From Candidatus Poribacteria bacterium (GTDB taxonomy: Bacteria > Poribacteria > WGA-4E > WGA-3G), in contig CBDANF010000003.1 of the NCBI GenBank assembly GCA_965197475.1, positions 1,792,001 to 1,856,000 of the forward strand: DNA of 64,000 nucleotides, read 5' to 3'. The position numbers were made by a program, and so were the translations under genes. The notes under the pieces are model-generated. The model saw only the letters and a list, made by a program, of their open reading frames with translations. It searched no databases and was not told where the DNA came from. Shown one piece after another: positions 20,669 through 31,071 of the stretch; positions within the stretch are counted from its first letter, which is position 1; every line of letters starts with the position of its first letter.

Positions 20669-22236
20669 TTAAGTATCTTCAGTGTCAGTTCCAAAAATAA
20701 TTCCTTTCAATTCATTGTAAGTTGTCATTCCATGTTTGATTAATGGAGCAAGTGTATCCCTCATAAATCCTGTATGAGTTTCACCTGCTCCGCGCACTCC
20801 CCACTCAATTACCTTTTTACGGATTTGATTAGGAGCACCTTTTATATCTGTAACATTCTCTCGTAATGCTATCAATTCGGATACTTTTTCATTACAAGGC
20901 TCCAACCTTTTATCCTGACATAGTGCCTGCAACACATCATCGGCAAGCAGATAGTTTTCGATTTTTCCTTGTTTTAAGACCTTTATTCCTTTTTCTTGTA
21001 ACTGCTCCACTTCTCGATGTGTGATGTCATCACGGTCTCTGAGTCCAAATACGTTTGCACCTTTTGTAATCGCGCCAATCACAGGAATGTAGTTCTGTAT
21101 ACCTCCCTTTCCACCTGCTGAAATGAATTTCGTATTGGGAAATTCTTCAGAAAAGATTTGATTGTAGCATTCCGCATCAAAACCTTCATCTCCATGGCTC
21201 CCTTCACAAATAACAATTTGATCCGGTGCGACGAGGGCAGCTAAATCCTCTAAAGCAATTTCATGCGTCTGCTCCCAGAATCTACGATCAGGCTTGGTAA
21301 TAGGTTTAATCTCAACTTTTTTGTCAAAATTGTGTCCGGAAAAATCCAAGAAAACTACTTCACCCGGGTTTTCATCTAAGATTTTTTTGAAGTTCGTAAG
21401 ATCCCAATGGAGTGTGTTCCAAGCCAAAGTTGTGAGTTCTCAGGAATTAACTCATACAAAATTTTAAGTAATTTGCTTTGCACACTCAATCCCATATGCG
21501 CCTCTGGCTCATCAATACACATCGCTGCATTTGGGTAAAATTCTCTTCTAATGATAAAATCAAGAAGTAAATCAAATGCTGCTTTTTCACCTCCTGATAG
21601 ATTGACAAAATTATACTTTTTAGCTGTCCCTTTCTCAAAATAGAAAGTGCCCCTACCTTCGGGGGTCTTGGAGTGAATGCAGGCACAGGTCAGGAAAAAT
21701 AGATTGCAACGAATCACGCACTCGCCCTATAACTTGTTCCTAATATCCGTATTGCTCCGTTCTTCTGGGTTAAATACTTCCCTCATAATTTGCCAATATA
21801 TCCTCTGATAATTTTTTTCGACTTCAGTATCAGGAGTGGAAAAATTTCGCTGACCATCCAGTCTCCAATATTCACTTTCATCAATCTTAGACATTGTGGA
21901 AACACTAAACTTTGGAGTATGCCGATACGCTGAACGCATATAACAGGCTTCTCCCAAATTTGAAGGGGGATCATCAGCATTAATAGTTACGCCTAAAGCA
22001 CTAAAATCTAAACGTGAACGAGAATTTGCTGGTTCCCCATCTCTCAATAAATACTCAGGGTCATAGTTGCTATTACGCTGATCTTTTCCCCAAGCATTAA
22101 TAGCCTCAAATAAGGACGATTTTCCGCTTCCGCTGGGTCCAACCAAGATAACAAGTTTTGCTGTATTAGGAATATCTTCAATAGTTAAGTCCACAAATCG
22201 CTTAAAATCTTTCAAATGTATGGATCTGATTCTCAA
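20669..22236 (-). CDS. ABC-type ATPase fused to a TOPRIM-like domain, split by frameshifts
   Basis: GPSGSGKS, LSGGEK, IDEPEAH, GTHS; C-terminal VICEG, RDRDD, IENYLL; three ORF pieces. Confidence 0.75.
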
Positions 22237-22282
22237 ACTGTTACCTCACAATCATCATTATATTGTTACCGAAAATGCTTAA

Positions 22283-23659
22283 TTATAACACATGCACCGC
22301 ACGACCATACGCCGCTTCAGCAGATTCCATCACCATTTCCGAAAGCGTTGGATGCGCATGCACTGTATGCGCGATGTCCTTTGCATTAGCACCTAAGCGA
22401 ATAGCAACAGCAGCCTCATGGATAAGCGTTGACGCATGCACACCAACAATATGAACACCGAGTATATCACCGCTATCCGCATCAGTGATGGTTTTAACAA
22501 ATCCATCTGCTTCACCCATCCCAAGTGCCATACCACTTGCAGCATAAGGAAATTTCCCTACCTTAACCTCGTATCCTTCATCTGTTGCCTCTGTTTCGGT
22601 CATACCCGCATGCCCAATTTCGGGTAGCGTAAAAACACACCACGGGATAACTTGATAGTCCATCTCAGTAGTTTCACCGAGACAGTTTTGTGCAGCGACC
22701 TTCCCTTCAGCAGAAGCTACGTGCGCCAACAGATATCGACTTGCAACATCCCCAACGGCATAAATGCCGGGAATATTCGTCAGCATCTGTTCATTCACAA
22801 CGATTTTTCCATTTTCTGTCCGTCCCCCAACCTTTTCTAACCCTATCCTTTCAGTATTGTAACGTCTACCGATTGAAACAAGCATCTTTTGTGCGGTCAG
22901 ATTTTCACCGGATTCAAGCACTGCTGTGACTCCCGCATCCGATTTATTGACACTGGTAAGTTTCGCACCCGTGTGGATAGAGATGCCTTTTCGCTTCATA
23001 AAAAGCCGTATATGGCGGACAACCTGAATATCTTCGGTCGCCAAAATTGTAGGGAGAAGTTCCAACACGGTCACGCTGCAACCGAAAGCATTGAAAATGG
23101 AAGCAAATTCACACCCCGAAACACCACCGCCGACGATAATAAGGCTTTCAGGAAGTTCTGTGAGGTTAAGAATTCCTGTCGTTGTCAACACATCGGTTTC
23201 ATCAATTTCAAAAATAGGAGGTTCAGCAGGTTCAGACCCAGTGGCGATAATAACGTTTTTTACGTTTACCTGTTCGGTTGTGCCATCCGCTTTACGCACG
23301 GTAATTGTATTTCTATCCTCAAGTGAAGCATTGCCGTTCAAGGTCCGAATCTTGTTCGCTTTAAGAAGTTGGCTTATCCCACCTTTCAACTTCTGAATGA
23401 CCTCTGTTTTATGTATTAGTGTTTGCGAGTAGTCAACGGTTGTACTTTGTGCATTTAAAGCAGGGGTGTTTTGGATCTGTTCGGCAAGATGGGCAATAGA
23501 AAAAAGGGTTTTCGTTGGAATACAACCTCTATTTAGGCATGTACCACCCCATTCGCCTCTTTCTATGAGGCATACGGTGCCACCAAGTTGCGCTGCTCTT
23601 ATGGCAGCGACATAACCACCCGGTCCTCCACCAATAATTCCGACATCATACGTAGACAT
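22283..23659 (-). CDS. lpdA: Dihydrolipoyl dehydrogenase
   Basis: GGGPGGY, GGTCLNRGCIP, HAHPTLSE; ATG 23659 with AGGAG. Confidence 0.95.
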   Translation of the reverse strand: MSTYDVGIIGGGPGGYVAAIRAAQLGGTVCLIERGEWGGTCLNRGCIPTKTLFSIAHLAEQIQNTPALNAQSTTVDYSQTLIHKTEVIQKLKGGISQLLKANKIRTLNGNASLEDRNTITVRKADGTTEQVNVKNVIIATGSEPAEPPIFEIDETDVLTTTGILNLTELPESLIIVGGGVSGCEFASIFNAFGCSVTVLELLPTILATEDIQVVRHIRLFMKRKGISIHTGAKLTSVNKSDAGVTAVLESGENLTAQKMLVSIGRRYNTERIGLEKVGGRTENGKIVVNEQMLTNIPGIYAVGDVASRYLLAHVASAEGKVAAQNCLGETTEMDYQVIPWCVFTLPEIGHAGMTETEATDEGYEVKVGKFPYAASGMALGMGEADGFVKTITDADSGDILGVHIVGVHASTLIHEAAVAIRLGANAKDIAHTVHAHPTLSEMVMESAEAAYGRAVHVL

Positions 23660-23688
23660 AGCTGCTCCTATTCTCTGATATGAATATA

Positions 23689-23717
23689 ATTCTATCACAA
23701 CAGGGCAGGGTTGTCAA
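23689..23717 (-). promoter_or_regulatory. Sigma70-type promoter of lpdA
   Basis: TTGACA-17 bp-TAGAAT on the minus strand. Confidence 0.65.
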
Positions 23718-23745
23718 GTTGAGGTGTTTCAGGACAAAATTTTTG

Positions 23746-23774
23746 TTGACGATTCACTGAATTTAAGGTATACT
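23746..23774 (+). promoter_or_regulatory. Sigma70-type promoter of gltB
   Basis: TTGACG-17 bp-TATACT. Confidence 0.65.
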
Positions 23775-23913
23775 ATTAATTAATTGTAGAAAAAATTACC
23801 GAATTCAGAAATTGAGGGCAAAATGCCTATACGTCTAACAGAGACACGGTATCCGAAGCATTTCTGACGAGACTATGAGTTAACGGATACCAAAAATCTT
23901 GAATACTTGGAGT

Positions 23914-26900
23914 ATGAGTTTACAAATGCACGAACATTTATATGAGAAAGATGCCTGTGGAGTAGGTTTTATCGCAAACCGTTCAGGGAGTCGAAGTCAT
24001 GCTATCCTAAAAATGGCAATACAAGCGGTTGCAAATTTGACACACCGAGGCGCAGTAGCAGCTGATGCAAAAACAGGCGACGGTGCAGGCATCCTGACAC
24101 AGATTCCGGAGAAACTATTTAGAAAAGAATTAGAGAAACTTGGAATAAACCTTGATTCGATTAATGACTTTGCCGTTGGGATGATTTTCCTGCCGGGGAA
24201 TGATCTCGTTGCCCAAAAACGGGGACGCGAAATCGTTGCCAATATTCTACAGCAATACGGATTTCCACTCTTAGGATGGCGTTCAGTTCCTGTTGATGTG
24301 TCTGCTCTCGGAGAAAAGGCATTGGCAACAATGCCGTTAATACAGCAGGTGCTTATCGGTAGGCCAAACCATGTCACACCTGACAAGTTTGAGCAACGCC
24401 TCTATCTCTTATGCAAGGAATTGGAACATCGCATTACAGATGAGAAACTTGATGGCTTCCACATCGCCTCCTTCTCGCATCGCACCATTGTCTATAAAGG
24501 ACTCCTTGTCGCCTCCCAATTGGCGATGTTCTATTCTGACTTACGTGATGTTGACTTTGAAGCCGCTTTAGCCGTTTTTCACCAACGTTATAGCACGAAT
24601 ACATCCTCAACATGGTCGCTTGCACAACCTTTCCGAATGCTGGCACACAACGGTGAGATAAACACGTTGATGGGAAATAGGAACTGGATGCGCGCCCGTG
24701 AAGCCGAAATGAATTCCCCTGTATGGAATGAGGATATCAAGAAACTTACCCCGATTATCAACCCTTACGGTAGCGATTCAATGAGCCTTGACAATGTTCT
24801 GGAATTGCTAACATATTCTGATCGTAGCATTCTGCATTCAATGATGTGTTTAATGCCAGAGGCTTACGAACAGATACCGGATATGCCACCTGCTCTGAAA
24901 GCTTGTTATGAGTACCTCTCGTGTGTTAGCGAACCTTGGGATGGTCCGGCTGCTGTAGCATTCACTGACGGAAAGATTGTCGGTGCAAGTTTGGATAGGA
25001 ACGGTCTAAGACCCGCTCGGTATAAAGTAACCGATGATGGGCTCGTTGTGATGGGGTCTGAGGTCGGAATTATAGAATTAGACGATAGTTGTGTCGTCAA
25101 AAAGGGGCGTTTAGGTCCCGGACAGATGATCGCTGTTGATACTGCGCGCGGACAATTACTCATGGATACAGACATAAAAACTGAGGTGGCACATCAGAAA
25201 CCTTATTCCGTTTGGGTGAAACAGAGTACGCAGTTGGACGAACTAAAACCGCAGCCACTTGGAACGATAATACCAATACCCGATAATTTACACACACACC
25301 AGAAAGCATTTGGGTATATGACTGAAGATGTGGAACGTTTCATCAAACCGATGGTTATGCAAGCTAAGGAGGCCGTCGGGTCAATGGGGGATGATACCCC
25401 TCCTGCTGTCATTTCACGGCATCCACGCCTGCTTTATCACTATTTTAAACAACTTTTTGCGCAAGTTACCAATCCTCCAATTGATTCACTCCGGGAACGA
25501 TTGGTTATGTCTCTGACAACTTGTCTGGGAAAACGACACAGTTTGCTGACAGAGACCGAAGCACATGCACACGTAATCCGATTAACTTCTCCGATATTGA
25601 CAAATGAAGAATTACAAGCTTTGAAAGCACAAAACCTACCTGAGTATAAGCATGCCACTATACCTGTCTGTTTCCCAGTCGCTTCTGGCACACAAGGATT
25701 GGAAAATGCTTTAGACACATTATGCGCTAATGTTTTAGACGCAGTAAATTCAGGGAATACATTCTTGATTTTGAGCGATAAAGGTGTCAATGCTGAATTT
25801 GTGCCTATTCCGATGCTACTCGCGGTTGGGGCTGTACATCATTATCTGATCCGTGAAGGGAAACGAAGACAGGTCAGCTTGATAGCTGAAGCAGGCGATC
25901 CGCGTGAAGAGCATCATTATGCAGTGCTACTTGGATATGGTGCTGATGCTATCAACCCTTACCTTGCTTTTTCTACAATTGTTCAACTTACTGAAAACGA
26001 CGAATTCGAGGATATCTCAACAGAACAGGCGATTAAGAACTATAGAGAAGCTGTTGAAAAAGGTATTTTGAAGATTATGGCGAAGATGGGCATATCCACG
26101 GTGTCAAGTTATCGAGGTGCTCAGATTTTTGAGGCTATCGGTATCAACGCATCGGTTATTGATCGGTGTTTTGTCGGCACCCCATCAAGGTTAAGCGGTA
26201 TCGGTTTTGAACACATCGCCGCAGAAACACTTCATTTCCATACCAAAGCTTTTGAAGGTACTGACAGCAGACAATCCCTACAAGAAGCAGGTTATTTCCG
26301 ATTTCGAAGAAATGGTGAATTTCACGCCTTTAACCCGACCGTATTCAAGGCACTGCACAAGTTCGTCAAGAGTGGGGAAGCTGAAGATTATACCCAATAC
26401 GCTGAAGCAGTTGAGGAGGGCGACCCTTCCAGTTTACGGGATTTACTTGCTTTCAAGGCAAGCAATCCTATTCCCATTGAGGAGGTAGAACCCGCAGAGG
26501 ATATCGTTCGCCGCTTTACCACTGGAAGTATGTCTTTTGGCGCGTTGAGTCGTGAAACACACGAAACCTTAGCTATCGCGATGAACCGCCTCGGTGCCAA
26601 ATCAGGGAGTGGTGAAGGCGGCGAAGATAGTGGTCGTTTTGAAAGACAACCGAATGGTGATCTTGCATCAAGTGCTCTCAAACAGATTGCATCTGGACGT
26701 TTTGGCGTAACACCGCAGTATCTTGCTTCCGCAAGGGAATTAGAGATCAAGATGGCGCAAGGGTCAAAACCTGGAGAAGGTGGACAGATTCCTGGACACA
26801 AAGTAACACTGGAAATTGCAAAGATTCGCAACTCAATTCCTGGGGTGCCCTTAATCTCACCACCACCACATCACGACATCTATTCAATTGAAGACCTCGC

Positions 26901-28407
26901 GCAGTTAATTTATGATCTAAAACAGGTTAACCCGCGTGCGAAAGTCGCAGTAAAACTTGTATCCGAGTTTCTAATTGGTACTATCGCGTCAGGTGTCGCA
27001 AAAGGATACGCAGATGTGATTCAAATTAGTGGGCATGAAGGCGGCACTGGTGCCTCACCACTTAGCTCCATCAAAAACGCTGGCACGCCGTGGGAACTCG
27101 GGCTTGCGGAAACACAGCACCGCCTCGTTGAAAATGAATTACGCGATCGTGTCGTGTTGAGAGTTGATGGCGGCATGCGGTCAGGACGTGATATCGTCAT
27201 TGCGGCTATGTTGGGAGCAGAAGAATACGGTTTTGGAACAACAGCAATGGTCGCAACAGGATGTATAATGGCACGTCAATGCCACTTGAACACTTGTCCG
27301 GTCGGTGTTGCCACGCAAGACCCCGCACTTCGGGCAAAGTATCCCGGTACGCCTGAAATGGTTGTCAACTTTATGCTCGGTGTGGCAAACGAGGTGCGGG
27401 CAATCCTCGCAAACCTTGGCCATCGCTGTCTAAATGATGTCATCGGTCGTCCAGATTTGTTAGAACTTGCTGATTTGACTGCGTATCCAAAGGCAGCAAC
27501 ACTTGACTTAAGTGAAATTCTCGCCTCGGCTGACCCAACAGGAAAAAGTCCGCGTTATCATTTACAAGAACGCAACGACCGTGTAGATACACCTTTGGAC
27601 GACCAAATTTTGCAGGATGCTGAAACGGCAATTAGAAATAAAGAGCCGATCCAACTTTCATATCCGATACGGAATACTCACCGGACGGTTGGTGCTAAAT
27701 TATCCGGTGAAATCGCATTTCGATATGGCGACACACCGTTACCTAAAGAGACAATCCGATGCTACTTTACAGGTAGTGCCGGACAAAGTTTTGGCGCGTT
27801 TTGCATCAGTGGAATCCAGCTTGTCTTGACTGGTGAAGCGAATGATTATGTCGGAAAAGGCATGGCAGGTGGTGAATTGGTTATCAAACCTTCACCTGAT
27901 GCTCGCTTTGAAACACATGAAAATACCATCATCGGGAACACTGTGTTGTATGGCGCAACAAGCGGTGTTCTATACGCTGCAGGCAGAGCAGGTGAACGTT
28001 TTTGTGTTCGAAATAGCGGGGCGACTGCTGTTGTGGAAGGTGTTGGTGATCACGGATGTGAATATATGACTGGTGGCACTGTCGTGATCTTAGGTAATAC
28101 CGGACGAAACTTCGGAGCAGGCATGACAGGTGGAATTGGCTACGTGCTTGACGAAAACCAACAGTTTGAGAAAAAAATTAACCCACAGCTTATTAAGTTA
28201 GAACGTATAACCGAAAAAGTACACGAAGATACGCTGATTGACTTGTTACAAAAGCATCTTGAGTTAACTGGGAGCCCTCGCGCGGAACAAATCCTTACCG
28301 ATTGGGATGTATTCTTACCACTCTTCTGGAAAATTGTCACACCTCCACCCCCGCCGCCACCGGCAGCACAGACTCGTCGCGTCCGAAAGACAATCCGTAG
28401 GAAATAA
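23914..28407 (+). CDS. gltB: Glutamate synthase large subunit (start uncertain, 23899-23926)
   Basis: EKDACGVGF, HNGEINT, EPWDGPA, CxxxxxCxxxxCP 3Fe-4S motif, GXGXG C-terminal domain. Confidence 0.96.
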   Translation: MSLQMHEHLYEKDACGVGFIANRSGSRSHAILKMAIQAVANLTHRGAVAADAKTGDGAGILTQIPEKLFRKELEKLGINLDSINDFAVGMIFLPGNDLVAQKRGREIVANILQQYGFPLLGWRSVPVDVSALGEKALATMPLIQQVLIGRPNHVTPDKFEQRLYLLCKELEHRITDEKLDGFHIASFSHRTIVYKGLLVASQLAMFYSDLRDVDFEAALAVFHQRYSTNTSSTWSLAQPFRMLAHNGEINTLMGNRNWMRAREAEMNSPVWNEDIKKLTPIINPYGSDSMSLDNVLELLTYSDRSILHSMMCLMPEAYEQIPDMPPALKACYEYLSCVSEPWDGPAAVAFTDGKIVGASLDRNGLRPARYKVTDDGLVVMGSEVGIIELDDSCVVKKGRLGPGQMIAVDTARGQLLMDTDIKTEVAHQKPYSVWVKQSTQLDELKPQPLGTIIPIPDNLHTHQKAFGYMTEDVERFIKPMVMQAKEAVGSMGDDTPPAVISRHPRLLYHYFKQLFAQVTNPPIDSLRERLVMSLTTCLGKRHSLLTETEAHAHVIRLTSPILTNEELQALKAQNLPEYKHATIPVCFPVASGTQGLENALDTLCANVLDAVNSGNTFLILSDKGVNAEFVPIPMLLAVGAVHHYLIREGKRRQVSLIAEAGDPREEHHYAVLLGYGADAINPYLAFSTIVQLTENDEFEDISTEQAIKNYREAVEKGILKIMAKMGISTVSSYRGAQIFEAIGINASVIDRCFVGTPSRLSGIGFEHIAAETLHFHTKAFEGTDSRQSLQEAGYFRFRRNGEFHAFNPTVFKALHKFVKSGEAEDYTQYAEAVEEGDPSSLRDLLAFKASNPIPIEEVEPAEDIVRRFTTGSMSFGALSRETHETLAIAMNRLGAKSGSGEGGEDSGRFERQPNGDLASSALKQIASGRFGVTPQYLASARELEIKMAQGSKPGEGGQIPGHKVTLEIAKIRNSIPGVPLISPPPHHDIYSIEDLAQLIYDLKQVNPRAKVAVKLVSEFLIGTIASGVAKGYADVIQISGHEGGTGASPLSSIKNAGTPWELGLAETQHRLVENELRDRVVLRVDGGMRSGRDIVIAAMLGAEEYGFGTTAMVATGCIMARQCHLNTCPVGVATQDPALRAKYPGTPEMVVNFMLGVANEVRAILANLGHRCLNDVIGRPDLLELADLTAYPKAATLDLSEILASADPTGKSPRYHLQERNDRVDTPLDDQILQDAETAIRNKEPIQLSYPIRNTHRTVGAKLSGEIAFRYGDTPLPKETIRCYFTGSAGQSFGAFCISGIQLVLTGEANDYVGKGMAGGELVIKPSPDARFETHENTIIGNTVLYGATSGVLYAAGRAGERFCVRNSGATAVVEGVGDHGCEYMTGGTVVILGNTGRNFGAGMTGGIGYVLDENQQFEKKINPQLIKLERITEKVHEDTLIDLLQKHLELTGSPRAEQILTDWDVFLPLFWKIVTPPPPPPPAAQTRRVRKTIRRK

Positions 28408-28428
28408 TAAGTCTTATCACCTTGACGC

Positions 28429-28461
28429 AAAAATAAGGCAGAGGTTGCTGCCTTATTTTTT
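28429..28461 (+). terminator. Intrinsic terminator after gltB (probably bidirectional)
   Basis: aaaaataaggcag-aggttg-ctgccttatttttt. Confidence 0.75.
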
Positions 28462-28507
28462 ATAAAGAATGTATTTGCTTTCCGAGAAACCCATAGCAAC
28501 ATGTCAA

Positions 28508-28553
28508 AACATATAGGCCTCTAATTGAAATTTCAATTAGAGGCCTATATGTT
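28508..28553. repeat. Perfect 46-bp palindrome
   Basis: AACATATAGGCCTCTAATTGAAA/TTTCAATTAGAGGCCTATATGTT. Confidence 0.9.
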
Positions 28554-28661
28554 ATTAATTCCGATCCAGAATCGCCCACAAACACGGTGACGAAAGAGAA
28601 GGCAGCAAGCACTGCCTTTTATAAGCAGCTTAAAGTCCTTCAACTTTAGCTAATCGTGCTA

Positions 28662-29105
28662 TCAATTGCCCGACGCTCCGCCGCCTTCGTCTTCAGAAAC
28701 GGCAAAAGCCACTTCAAGTCCTTCAACTTTAGCTGATCGTGCTTTTGCACGTTCTACCACGTCCATGACCCGTCCGTGTTTCGCGAGCTTATCTGCTTTA
28801 ATAATCAAGGTACTAATCTGGTGTTCATGGGAAGCTATAAAGAGTCCGACCTCTTCCAGAGTTTGCATCTCTTGATCATCAATAGCAATTCTGCCATCGC
28901 TGCTGATAAACAAGTTATATTTTTTCCTCGGAAATTCGTGTTCAGTAGAGGAATCTGGTAACGTGACACTAAACGGCGGGGGAACCCGCATGATGGCAGA
29001 AACCATGAAAAAAATGAGTAATAGAAATACACAATCAATCATAGGAGCCATCGGGATATCCTCGTCACTTGAGGTATTCCGTCTACGTCTCATTTGGAGA
29101 GCCAT
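28662..29105 (-). CDS. exbD: ExbD/TolR family protein
   Basis: MAPMIDCVFLLLIFFMV; IKADK. Confidence 0.88.
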   Translation of the reverse strand: MALQMRRRRNTSSDEDIPMAPMIDCVFLLLIFFMVSAIMRVPPPFSVTLPDSSTEHEFPRKKYNLFISSDGRIAIDDQEMQTLEEVGLFIASHEHQISTLIIKADKLAKHGRVMDVVERAKARSAKVEGLEVAFAVSEDEGGGASGN

Positions 29106-29153
29106 TTGTATTCTCCTTCCACTACGGCTGGAACCGTAATTAGATTATGCGCG

Positions 29154-29603
29154 TCATTCTCGCGCGGTAATAGCAAATCCAATTTTATCAATACCTGCAT
29201 CTTTGGCTATATCCATTACTCGGACAATCTGTTCATGTAGAACATCTCGTCCGGATTGGACAATAAGCATCGTTTTCTGATCTTCAGGTGCAGTGAGAAG
29301 CAGTGAAAACATATCTTCAAACTGTACAACTGCGCCATTCAAAAGCATTGTGCCGGCTTTTTCATTGGCATTAGGATTATCAATTTTGACAACAAGCCCT
29401 TTTGGTTTGTCCTCTGAAGGCGGGCCAGGAGGCGGAAGTTGCACGCGAATTCCCGGCATTGGGGCAAAAGTTGTTGACACCATGAAGAAAATCAAGAGCA
29501 GGAACACACAATCAATCATAGGTGCCATACTGAGTGTAGGTGGTTTACGTTCCCGTATTCGGGTTGCCATCAGGCTCAATTTGGCTTCACCAAGTTGTTG
29601 CAT
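29154..29603 (-). CDS. exbD: ExbD/TolR family protein
   Basis: MAPMIDCVFLLLIFFMVST; VRVMDIAK. Confidence 0.88.
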   Translation of the reverse strand: MQQLGEAKLSLMATRIRERKPPTLSMAPMIDCVFLLLIFFMVSTTFAPMPGIRVQLPPPGPPSEDKPKGLVVKIDNPNANEKAGTMLLNGAVVQFEDMFSLLLTAPEDQKTMLIVQSGRDVLHEQIVRVMDIAKDAGIDKIGFAITARE

Positions 29604-29661
29604 TTCAAGATTCTCCCTTTATGTAGGAGCAGGGCGAGTATATATTCCCGCCCGGCCGTAA

Positions 29662-30732
29662 TTAAGCGTTTGCTTCACCAACAATCAACTGGTTAACAAT
29701 TTCTGTGGATACCTGGGAGATTTCAACCATATGTCTATTTACCCAACTATCAAAGAGTTGGAAGAAAATCAGACAAGGAATAGCAATTGTTAAGCCGCCA
29801 GCAGTTGTGAGGAGTGCCTGGGAGATACCTCCCGCGAGTTGTTGCGGGTCACCGGTACCTTCAAGGGCAATAGTGGTAAAGGCGGTAATCATACCCGTAA
29901 CAGTTCCAAGCAGACCGAACAGTGGTGAAACCACAGCAACTGTTCCGAGTACGGGCAGGTTTCGTTCTAATTCTGGAATTTCAAGGAGACTTGCTTCTTC
30001 AATGGCTTCTTGGATTTCCTCTTTCGTAATATCTCGTTCTTCAATCTGGGCTTGACTATATCTGAGCAGTCCTGCTTTTAACACGTTGGCGAGCGGTCCT
30101 CCTGCTTCTTCACAAGTAGAGACAGCTTCCATAATGTTCTCTTTGCGCAATGAGTCAGCAATGCTTGCTATGAACTGTTCAGTTCCGATTCGTGAGCGGC
30201 TGCGGACAAATGTGAATAGTCTTTCAATAATGAAAGTTAACGCCACAATAGAACAGATGGCTAACGGATAGAAAACGAACCCAAATTTCTTGAAAAAAGA
30301 GATGATGTTATCTTTTTTTCTCATTTTGATCCGGTCAAATATCTCGCCTCCAGCAGCAACCACTTTCGATTTGCCTATTCGGTCACCATAACCTTCTTTA
30401 ACAACACTAATAATGTAACGCCCCGCGGGGAGTCCGGTCCTCTCATACTGACCATCTTTATCTGTTGTTACCGTATATTTTTGATCGTTACCACTATCCA
30501 CGATTGTAACGGTGACCCCTTCAATAGGGTTCTGCTCTGCGGAAGTATCAATAACTTCACCTTTAATCGTTGCCCCAGCACCCATGGGTTCATCTACTTC
30601 TTGAGTATCGGGACCCGCTTCAGGGGTATCAACACTTGGTGTCTCCACCGCTTCTTCTTCTTGTGCCATAATAATATTAGCTGACATAAACAAACACACA
30701 ACTAACATTAAAATCAAACTTAAACGAGTCAT
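29662..30732 (-). CDS. MotA/TolQ/ExbB proton channel with N-terminal signal peptide and carboxypeptidase-regulatory-like beta domain
   Basis: PLFGLLGTVTGMI, GISQALLTTAGGL; N-terminal PIEGVTV..TTDKDGQY..GLPAGRY. Confidence 0.88.
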   Translation of the reverse strand: MTRLSLILMLVVCLFMSANIIMAQEEEAVETPSVDTPEAGPDTQEVDEPMGAGATIKGEVIDTSAEQNPIEGVTVTIVDSGNDQKYTVTTDKDGQYERTGLPAGRYIISVVKEGYGDRIGKSKVVAAGGEIFDRIKMRKKDNIISFFKKFGFVFYPLAICSIVALTFIIERLFTFVRSRSRIGTEQFIASIADSLRKENIMEAVSTCEEAGGPLANVLKAGLLRYSQAQIEERDITKEEIQEAIEEASLLEIPELERNLPVLGTVAVVSPLFGLLGTVTGMITAFTTIALEGTGDPQQLAGGISQALLTTAGGLTIAIPCLIFFQLFDSWVNRHMVEISQVSTEIVNQLIVGEANA

Positions 30733-31071
30733 TCGTTCTGGTCTCCTTTAGTAATATGCCTATTTGGCAATAAGTTTCTATTTCTATAATTTAATAATGT
30801 GAAAAACATGTTTCTAACAACATGCTGCTACAGTGTATGAACTATTTCTGAATCATCAACACCTGAATACTTCAAAAGTTACACGTTTTTCAGGTTTTCC
30901 ATCTTATACTTTCTAAAGTTCATAGTTCTAAACAACAAACTTATATCCATTAACACCTGAGTGATTAAGAAGTTACGCTTTCGTTTGCATTAACCGAACG
31001 CAAGACATTTACGAATTTCCATAGTGGCTTGCTGGACACGATTTTTTCGCGTTCAGCAAGCCACTAAGAAC

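Noticed and set aside
23856-23885. Hammerhead ribozyme (CTGACGAG)
   Set aside because: No GAAA core or stems I/III in the required arrangement.
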